From Pyrinomonadaceae bacterium (GTDB lineage Bacteria; Acidobacteriota; Blastocatellia; Pyrinomonadales; Pyrinomonadaceae), in contig JBKKAS010000027.1 in assembly GCA_046714595.1 (NCBI GenBank), forward strand, positions 1-40,648: a stretch of 40,648 bases of DNA, read 5' to 3'. A program made the position numbers and the translations under genes. Positions 34,693 through 40,648 of this stretch are shown one piece after another (position 1 is the stretch's first letter; the number at the start of each line of letters is the position of its first letter). Under the pieces are notes generated by a model. That model was not told where the DNA came from and made no database searches. It saw only the letters and a program-made list of their open reading frames with translations.

Positions 34693-35544
34693 TTACGGCT
34701 TTTTAGGCGAAAAGATGGGCGGGAGGTCGAGTAGTTCTTTCCCGTCATTTACAAAGTCGGCAAACGGATCGTCCATCGCCAACGCGATCGGACCCGAGCC
34801 CGGTAACCAAATCGCTCTCGCGATGGTTACCAGATCAGAAAACTTGCGGTCGCTCATCGGCATCACGATAGTGACAGACTTTTCTATTTCGTTAGTTCCT
34901 TCGCGGAAAATGGCATTAACCTCACGTTCTCTAAAAACCTCCTTCAGACGGTTGGTAACCGGAACAGTGTTAGAAAGGCTTCCGGCAGGCCCATTATTCA
35001 GCGACAATTTACCGTCAGCAGCAACGGTAACGACCAGCCAGAGTGGATTCGGTTTTACATCGGTTTTAGGCTCCGGCAGATCCCACGGAACCGTAAGAAA
35101 CACTTCGTCCCCGCTCGGCATACCGGTGGGGATAGCTACACTTATTTCGGTGCGGCCGCGTCGAAATAGCGTGATCGGGTTCCAGAGATCGAGCATCGTG
35201 ACGTTGGGTCCGGCCTCGACAACGACCTTCGGAAAAACATTATTAGGCTGATGGAAAGCGTCTGCTCCGGTCGGGAGGTCCGTTATCAGCGAGCCTAATG
35301 CAGATGCCTCGATATGGCCGCCCTGATCCGGAGAAATAATGGAGACTAAGTACTTCGGCCCGTCGGTTATCTTTAGGTTGATCTGATAATCTGGAATCCG
35401 CTTTGCGGCTGCAGGTTTACTAACCGGTGTTCGCTTTGGCGCCGCTCCGCCGGACGGTTTTTGCGGCAGGGTTTTACTGCAGCCTAAAAGGAGAACAAAC
35501 AGCGCCAGGAACGAATATCGAATGTTCATGTTTATAGGGGTCAT
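34693..35544 (-). CDS. Lipoprotein of unknown function (possible ExbD/TolR-like fold in the C-terminal half; weak)
   Basis: Lipobox 'LLLGC' after a hydrophobic N-terminus. An alternative start at 35529 gives 'MNIRYSFLALFVLLLGC'. It ends 11 nt upstream of thyA on the same strand. Confidence 0.7.
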   Translation of the reverse strand: MTPINMNIRYSFLALFVLLLGCSKTLPQKPSGGAAPKRTPVSKPAAAKRIPDYQINLKITDGPKYLVSIISPDQGGHIEASALGSLITDLPTGADAFHQPNNVFPKVVVEAGPNVTMLDLWNPITLFRRGRTEISVAIPTGMPSGDEVFLTVPWDLPEPKTDVKPNPLWLVVTVAADGKLSLNNGPAGSLSNTVPVTNRLKEVFREREVNAIFREGTNEIEKSVTIVMPMSDRKFSDLVTIARAIWLPGSGPIALAMDDPFADFVNDGKELLDLPPIFSPKKP

Positions 35545-35605
35545 GGTGAATTTACTTCATCGACCAATTGTCGCTTTTTGCACTGAAGGTTAACATAATC
35601 CACTT

Positions 35606-36088
35606 ATGACGCCGAAACTCGAGGTAAGTTTTAACAGCCCGCAGTGCGGGTGGATGTCGATCGGCTTTGATGACGGTGCGAGCGAGTTTCACACGACGAC
35701 CGCACACGCGCCGCACGAATTTGCCCTGCCGGAATTGATGCGAATACTGACGGCCCTGACGGACGCGAGTTCTCCGCAAAACGAATATCTGCTGAAATGG
35801 AACCGCGACCCGGAAGAGGTTGATTTTCGGTTTGTCCGGGAGAACGGGGCCCTGCTGCTCGAGATCTACCAGTACCCGACCGACGAACGACATTCGGCCG
35901 AACGCGAACTCGTTTTCTCGCACGACAGCACGATCGACGAAGTCGTTGCGGCCTTTGCCGAGACGTTCGATCAGCTTTACGAAGACCGCGATACGGATGA
36001 GTTTGAATTTAACTGGCGCCAGCCGTTTCCGTTTGGAGAATACGAAGAATTCAAAGCCGTTGTTAAAATGCAGGTCAAAGCTCCGTAG
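35606..36088 (+). CDS. Hypothetical acidic cytoplasmic protein
   Basis: The 160-aa ORF has a protein-like composition. The overlapping minus-strand ORF 35552..36145 is R/K/F-rich and looks like antisense noise. The stop codon lies inside the first copy of a 15-nt repeat. Confidence 0.65.
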   Translation: MTPKLEVSFNSPQCGWMSIGFDDGASEFHTTTAHAPHEFALPELMRILTALTDASSPQNEYLLKWNRDPEEVDFRFVRENGALLLEIYQYPTDERHSAERELVFSHDSTIDEVVAAFAETFDQLYEDRDTDEFEFNWRQPFPFGEYEEFKAVVKMQVKAP

Positions 36089-36216
36089 GAGCGAAATGTT
36101 TGTAGCATGGCGGCCGAGGTTTATTAAGCTCCGTAGGAGCGGCACCGATGTCGCTCCTACGGAGCTCGATTAGGTTAGGAGGCACGGTTCTACAAACATA
36201 TCGCTCCTACGGAGCT
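36079..36216. repeat. 138-nt nested double hairpin made of four copies (two direct, two inverted) of the 15-mer AGCTCCGTAGGAGCG
   Basis: Copies at 36079-36093 and 36127-36141 (direct), and at 36152-36166 and 36202-36216 (inverted). The inner hairpin has a 15-bp stem and 10-nt loop. The outer stem, 36079-36105 with 36190-36216, pairs at 26/27 positions. Confidence 0.85.
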
Positions 36217-36251
36217 TCTTCGATATAATTGAACCGATTGCTAAATGCGAA

Positions 36252-36716
36252 ATGAACCGTGATGAAATCAAAACCGTCATAGCGGGCTTTTTCGAAGCGA
36301 TCGAAGGAAATGGTTCGGCCAACGAACGAATACCCAAGCTGGAGCTGGCTCTTGATCGCTTAGCTCTCGCCGTTCATTTTGCAGATTATACGTTCGACGA
36401 GGGTGATTACCCGGACGCTATTATCCGCGAATACACGGATGTCCGCGACGTTGTCTCCCGGAACTTTCCCGATCTCGGTTTCTACAATACTGCGTTGGAT
36501 ATATCGAACAAGGTCGGGGAAACATCGTCGGGCATCGGTGATGCGATAGATGACATTTGCGATATCGCTAAGGATTTGGAAATAGTGCGATGGTGCTGGG
36601 AGAACACAAGTGTTGGTGATGCACTATGGCATTTCAAGGAAAGCTTCGACGGGCACTGGGGAAAGCACCTACGAGACTTGCAACTCTATCTACATGCGAC
36701 GCAATTTGATTTGTAG
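36252..36716 (+). CDS. Hypothetical protein (possibly DUF5063-like)
   Basis: 154-aa acidic protein. The C-terminal 'ALWHFKESFDGHWGKHLRDLQLYLH' reminds me of the DUF5063 'HWG.H' motif, but the assignment is uncertain. Confidence 0.6.
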   Translation: MNRDEIKTVIAGFFEAIEGNGSANERIPKLELALDRLALAVHFADYTFDEGDYPDAIIREYTDVRDVVSRNFPDLGFYNTALDISNKVGETSSGIGDAIDDICDIAKDLEIVRWCWENTSVGDALWHFKESFDGHWGKHLRDLQLYLHATQFDL

Positions 36717-36729
36717 GGCTTGATCATTC

Positions 36730-37725
36730 ATGAAAGAGAGATTACTAGACATGCTTGCATGCCCCACATGCGGGGGCGATATTTTGCTGGCGTACGCCGG
36801 CCACTACGAAGACAAAGAGATCATCGACGCCGTGCTGACGTGCAAGAAATGCTCGCGCGAATACAAGGTCGTACGCGGCGTTCCGCGTTTTGCAGATCTG
36901 GGAAAGATCGATGAGGACAAGGCTGAGACGGCTGAGAACTTCGGCTGGCAATGGACGCATTTCACGCAAGAAGATCCGAAATATAATGAGCAGTTTCTCG
37001 GTTGGCTGCAGCCGGTGAAACCGGATTTCTTCGCGGGCAAGATCGTGCTCGAGGGCGGGTGCGGCAAGGGCCGGCACACGAAACTCGCGGCCGAGTGGGG
37101 TGCGAAAGAAGTTATCGGAATAGATCTCGGTGACGGCGTCGAATCCGCATTCGCGCTTACACGTCACCTGCCGAACGTGCACATCGTGCAATGCGACATA
37201 TTCAAATTACCGTTCAAGAAAGTTTTCGACTATGCGTTCAGCGTCGGCGTGCTGCATCACACGCCCGATCCGAAAAAGGCATTTCTCTCGCTGGCCTCAA
37301 AAGTTAAAAAAGGCGGAAACATCTCTGCGTGGGTCTACGGGGCGGAAAACAATGAGTGGATCACGAAGTACGTCGATCCGGTCCGCGAAAGCTTCACATC
37401 GAAGATCAGCCAGCCGATGCTCTATCAACTTTCGAAACTTCCGACGCTGAGCCTTTTCCTGACGACTAAGCTCGTCTATCGTCCCGCGAACATCGCAGCA
37501 AAGCCGATCGCCAACAAGCTCTTTTACAACGACTATCTGAATCACATCGGCACATTCGGTTGGCGCGAGCAGCATAATATCGTCTTCGATCATCTCGTCG
37601 CACCGACCGCGTTTTATATTTCTAAAGCTGAGTTCGAAACCTGGTGGCGTGACGTCAAGGCCGAAGACGTCGAGATCATCTGGCATAATCGGAATAGCTG
37701 GTGTGGGTTTGGAAAGATAGTTTGA
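36730..37725 (+). CDS. Trm112-like zinc-ribbon + class I SAM-dependent methyltransferase fusion
   Basis: The N-terminal 'LLDMLACPTCGG....LTCKKCSREYKVVRGVPRF' is Trm112/UPF0434-like. It is followed by motif I 'VLEGGCGKGRH' and 'AFSVGVLHHTPDP'. Confidence 0.8.
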   Translation: MKERLLDMLACPTCGGDILLAYAGHYEDKEIIDAVLTCKKCSREYKVVRGVPRFADLGKIDEDKAETAENFGWQWTHFTQEDPKYNEQFLGWLQPVKPDFFAGKIVLEGGCGKGRHTKLAAEWGAKEVIGIDLGDGVESAFALTRHLPNVHIVQCDIFKLPFKKVFDYAFSVGVLHHTPDPKKAFLSLASKVKKGGNISAWVYGAENNEWITKYVDPVRESFTSKISQPMLYQLSKLPTLSLFLTTKLVYRPANIAAKPIANKLFYNDYLNHIGTFGWREQHNIVFDHLVAPTAFYISKAEFETWWRDVKAEDVEIIWHNRNSWCGFGKIV

Positions 37726-37822
37726 ACCGCCGAGACGCTGAGGCGCCGAGACATTTTTTCGGTAGATCCCAACTCCCGCTACTCAGCCTCATCATTCTCG
37801 GCGTCTTTGCGTCTCGGCGGTT
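37725..37822. repeat. Long GC-rich inverted repeat (words GCCGAGAC / GTCTCGGC), 26 of 27 positions paired, 43-nt loop
   Basis: 37725-37752 'aaccgccgagacgctgaggcgccgagac' pairs with 37796-37822 'tctcggcgtctttgcgtctcggcggtt'. A 14-bp perfect stem is followed by one mismatch and 12 more pairs (two G-U). It starts at the last base of the upstream stop codon and ends 8 nt before the next ATG. Confidence 0.8.
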
Positions 37823-37830
37823 GAATAATC

Positions 37831-38481
37831 ATGAAGTTCGATAGGGGCATCACGAAAAAGTACCGGCATTCGATCGAACAAGCTTTCGACGTAATGCTCG
37901 AGAAGGGCAACGACTCTCACCGTGAGGTCGCCGAGTTAATACTCGATTCGGAGATGCTCGTCCGCGTCGGACCCGTGAGTCAGATCAATGCATCGGGCGT
38001 GACCGGACTGATCGATAACGGCGACACAAACGATCGCATCGAGGATGAACGACTCAGTCTTCGGGAGGCCTTTGACGAGATCTACATCGCGATCGCGGAA
38101 GAGACGATCGATACCGGCGGACAGCGTGGATGCGAAGGGACGTTCGTGCATGAAGGCCGGCACGCATTCGATTTCGCCCGGACGATCGAGAGTTTTTCGG
38201 ATGTCGATGTTAATCCGCTCAGCCTGTTCGACCCGACGCTTTACGACCTCGAATGGGAAGCGCATAAGACGTCCGGCGAATACATGCTCCGGGTCGCGCT
38301 TGATGAATATATAGAGGAAGGCTTACAACTGTTGATACTTGGCCGAGCATCTGAAGGCGGTTGCTTTCTAAACGAAGAAGGAATCAGATGTCGGCTGCGT
38401 GATAATTACGGTCTCACCGTCGACCAGAACCCCGGAGCCCGGGCGAGCGAGCTACTCGGACTGCGGGCCCGCTGGAATTGA
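37831..38481 (+). CDS. Hypothetical protein with HExxH motif (possible metallopeptidase-like)
   Basis: 216 aa with 'TFVHEGRHAFDF' (H-E-x-x-H). No signal peptide is evident. Confidence 0.6.
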   Translation: MKFDRGITKKYRHSIEQAFDVMLEKGNDSHREVAELILDSEMLVRVGPVSQINASGVTGLIDNGDTNDRIEDERLSLREAFDEIYIAIAEETIDTGGQRGCEGTFVHEGRHAFDFARTIESFSDVDVNPLSLFDPTLYDLEWEAHKTSGEYMLRVALDEYIEEGLQLLILGRASEGGCFLNEEGIRCRLRDNYGLTVDQNPGARASELLGLRARWN

Positions 38482-38484
38482 ATT

Positions 38485-40239
38485 ATGTTAAAGCTTACCT
38501 CACCACTGATCACACTTTTCCTGGCGACCGCGTTTGCGCTGGCGCAACCGCCGCCTCAGAGCGCGGCCGACCTTTTCCGCCGCGGTGTCGAGTTTCTTAA
38601 GACTCAGAAGTTCGAAGAAGCCCTCACTGCGTTTCAAGCGGCCGCAAAACTGGAGCCGCGCTCGTCGCCGACGCAGGGCAACATCGGCGCGAGCCTGATG
38701 GCCCTGAACCGGCCCACCGAGGCAATCGCCGCATTTCGAGAGGCTGCCAAACTTGCTCCCACCGACGGTACTTTTCAAACGGCGCTCTGCCGGGCACTTG
38801 TCGCAACAAAGAAGTACGATGAAGCAGTCAAAGCTTGCGAGGAAGGTGTGCGCTTAAATCCTGCCTCTGCGAGCGCCCACGCTGCCCTCATCGAAGCGAT
38901 GGATCTTGCCGGACGACCCGACGCCGACTTGATGCGGTTGATCAATGCCGCCCTCACAAATTTTAGAGATAGCGAGGAGGTTCTGGTTGCATCCGCGGAG
39001 TACGCGTCGTTCCAAAGGAATCGCCAACTTGCCGTTGAACTTTGGGAGCAACTCGCGCGGCGTCGGCCAAACTCGGCCTACTACCTCGGACGCTTCTCCG
39101 AGGCTTGCGTTGATGTCGAACGTGAAGCTGAAGCACTGACCGCTGCCCGCCGCGCGCTCGAAATCGAACCGGACAATCCCTACGCTCATTACGCTATGGG
39201 GCGGATCTTTCTTGAGCTCGGCCAACACGGCGACGCGTCAAAAGCCTTAAATATCGCGCGGAGCAGAAAAGACCGTCTCGCGTACGTTCAGTATTACTAC
39301 GGCGTAAGTGAGAGCCGGGCGGGGCGAGCACAGAGCTCGATCGAAGCGTTTAGAGTCGCAATTCAAGAAAATCGCGACGACTTTTACCCACATCTCGCGC
39401 TTGGCCAAGAACTTATCGGCAGTGCACAGTACGAGGACGCAGTTATTCCCCTAAGAAGGGCGGTCGCGCTCGATCCGAAGGACCTCGAGGCAAAGGTGGC
39501 TCTTGGGCTCGCGCTTGGTGAGTCAGCCCAATATGCAGAGGGTATCAAGGTATTGGAAGAGGCAGAACGTGCAAAGCCCGGTAACGAGATCGTTGCGATG
39601 TTCCTCCGAGTGGCTAGGTCACGGCAGGAATGGGTTCCAAAGATCGATGAAATGAAGGCTTGGGCGAAGGCTAACCCGAAACACCTCAACATCCGCATCA
39701 ACCTGATAGAGACTCTCTCTTTTGCACGGCGCATCGCCGAAGCAGATCCCTACCTGCAAGAAGCTCTTGCCCTCCAACCTAAGGACATCCGCGAATACGT
39801 GCGAATAGCCGTCGCTTACACGACTGCCGGCGACACGGAAAGAGCTCTTTCGATCTTGCGCAAGTCGTTCGAGTTGGGTGAGGACCCGGCAACCTATCTG
39901 AACCTGGCCGGCATACTCTCGCGAAAAGGGCGGGCGGACGAAGCCTCTGCCGCGTACGCAAAGGTAATCGAACTCAAGCCCGACGCAGCCCAGACGATGA
40001 AGCTATACGCCGACCATCTGCGCGACAATGGCAAACGTAGAGAGGCGTTGGAAATGTACCGGCGATCGCTTTCGATGATCCCTACTTTCGGACCAACGCT
40101 GGCATCAGCGGCCATACTCTCAGCTAAGCTGGATGATCCGGACGCGGCGAAAACGTACCTGGCAACTTTGAAAACGGTCGATCCGGAACTGGCGGCCAAA
40201 GTCGAAGGGGTTTTAGTGTTGTTGAGATATCTTAAATAG
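38485..40239 (+). CDS. Secreted TPR repeat protein
   Basis: 584 aa with signal peptide 'LITLFLATAFALAQ'. TPR-type 34-aa periodicity runs throughout ('EEALTAFQAAAKLEPRS', 'AIAAFREAAKLAPTD', 'AARRALEIEPDNPYAHYAMG..'). It starts 3 nt after the upstream stop. Confidence 0.85.
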   Translation: MLKLTSPLITLFLATAFALAQPPPQSAADLFRRGVEFLKTQKFEEALTAFQAAAKLEPRSSPTQGNIGASLMALNRPTEAIAAFREAAKLAPTDGTFQTALCRALVATKKYDEAVKACEEGVRLNPASASAHAALIEAMDLAGRPDADLMRLINAALTNFRDSEEVLVASAEYASFQRNRQLAVELWEQLARRRPNSAYYLGRFSEACVDVEREAEALTAARRALEIEPDNPYAHYAMGRIFLELGQHGDASKALNIARSRKDRLAYVQYYYGVSESRAGRAQSSIEAFRVAIQENRDDFYPHLALGQELIGSAQYEDAVIPLRRAVALDPKDLEAKVALGLALGESAQYAEGIKVLEEAERAKPGNEIVAMFLRVARSRQEWVPKIDEMKAWAKANPKHLNIRINLIETLSFARRIAEADPYLQEALALQPKDIREYVRIAVAYTTAGDTERALSILRKSFELGEDPATYLNLAGILSRKGRADEASAAYAKVIELKPDAAQTMKLYADHLRDNGKRREALEMYRRSLSMIPTFGPTLASAAILSAKLDDPDAAKTYLATLKTVDPELAAKVEGVLVLLRYLK

Positions 40240-40251
40240 CCTGACCATTAG

Positions 40252-40648
40252 ATGAATAACACTCTTCCGCAAGAAATGCAGCAGCACACATACGCGATCA
40301 TGGATCGCGTCGAGGACAAACATTGGTGGTTCGTCGGCCGGCGGGCGATCCTCGAAACGTTTCTTAAGCAGATAATCCAAAATCCAAAATCTAAAATCCA
40401 AAATCCGAAGATCCTTGATGTTGGCTGTGGCACCGGCGCAAATCTCGAGATGCTCGCACAGTTTGGCGAGGCCGAGGGCGTCGATGTGTCGGATGACGCA
40501 CTCGAGTTCTGCCGACGGAAAGGTTTGAAAGTCCAGAAAGGACTCGCTGAGACACTCCCGTACCCGGACGAGACGTTTGACGTCACGACTGCTCTCGATG
40601 TCGTCGAGCATCTCGATGACGACATCGCCGGGTTGAAGGAAATGTTTC
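40252..40648 (+). CDS. Class I SAM-dependent methyltransferase (3'-partial, runs off the window; absent from the supplied ORF track)
   Basis: My translation from ATG 40252 is 'MNNTLPQEMQQHTYAIMDRVEDKHWWFVGRRAILETFLKQIIQNPKSKIQNPKILDVGCGTGANLEMLAQFGEAEGVDVSDDALEFCRRKGLKVQKGLAETLPYPDETFDVTTALDVVEHLDDDIAGLKEMF'. It contains motif I 'ILDVGCGTG' and the Methyltransf_11-like 'FDVTTALDVVEHL'. There is no stop before the window end. Confidence 0.85.
   Translation, partial: MNNTLPQEMQQHTYAIMDRVEDKHWWFVGRRAILETFLKQIIQNPKSKIQNPKILDVGCGTGANLEMLAQFGEAEGVDVSDDALEFCRRKGLKVQKGLAETLPYPDETFDVTTALDVVEHLDDDIAGLKEMF
40372..40406 (+). repeat. Five tandem heptanucleotides (ATAATCC AAAATCC AAAATCT AAAATCC AAAATCC) inside the methyltransferase CDS
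   Basis: Read directly from the sequence. The repeat encodes 'IIQNPKSKIQNPK', just upstream of SAM-binding motif I. Confidence 0.9.

Noticed and set aside
35552-36145. 197-aa minus-strand ORF overlapping 35606..36088
   Set aside because: It has an R/K/F-rich composition typical of antisense frames and extends into the repeat element. The plus-strand ORF has a balanced, acidic, protein-like sequence.
40213-40625. Two minus-strand ORFs (132 and 125 aa) at the window end
   Set aside because: The plus strand encodes an obvious SAM methyltransferase with motif I. It was not in the track only because it lacks a stop inside the window. The minus-strand ORFs are its shadows.

Overview
About 40.6 kb of chromosomal DNA. 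The gene content suggests an Acidobacteriota-like bacterium: a DUF1800/DUF1501 pair, an acidobacterial-type VWA protein, several TPR proteins and giant cytoplasmic poly-HAMP hybrid kinases. This taxonomic call is inference only. I call 32 CDS. Two are partial at the window edges, and one of those is missing from the ORF track. I also call one disrupted ccsA-like pseudogene, one tRNA-Ala(GGC), three canonical intrinsic terminators and six unusual long low-complexity hairpins at gene 3' ends.

The stand-out region is 13.6-25.9 kb. Two convergent operons there carry 36 CXXCH plus 1 CX3CH haem motifs:
- two 9-haem proteins built from c7-type trihaem modules;
- a monohaem class-I cytochrome c;
- a 3-TM NapC/NirT-like multihaem putative quinol dehydrogenase;
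- an MtrA-like decahaem gene, followed 16 nt later by a 686-aa MtrB/PioB-like outer-membrane barrel.

Together these look like a complete inner-membrane-to-outer-membrane electron conduit. The parts list resembles Mto/Mtr/Pio systems, but with extra poly-c7 modules and no MtrC-type surface cytochrome. Next to it lies a regulator with an FNR-type cysteine set and a CRP-type recognition helix. TGTGA-N6-TCACA boxes precede both cytochrome operons. A sigma54 activator and PAS hybrid kinase pair flanks the cluster.

Other notable points:
- A roughly 1960-aa poly-HAMP hybrid kinase is built on 276-bp tandem repeats and split by a single in-frame TAG.
- The ccsA-like gene beside the cytochromes is frameshifted in an A5 run and lacks the Trp-rich haem-handling motif.
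- A heptanucleotide tandem repeat lies inside the 5' part of a methyltransferase gene.
- A near-consensus sigma54 promoter lies upstream of a zinc-ribbon membrane protein gene.

All family assignments rest on motif recognition by eye and need database confirmation.
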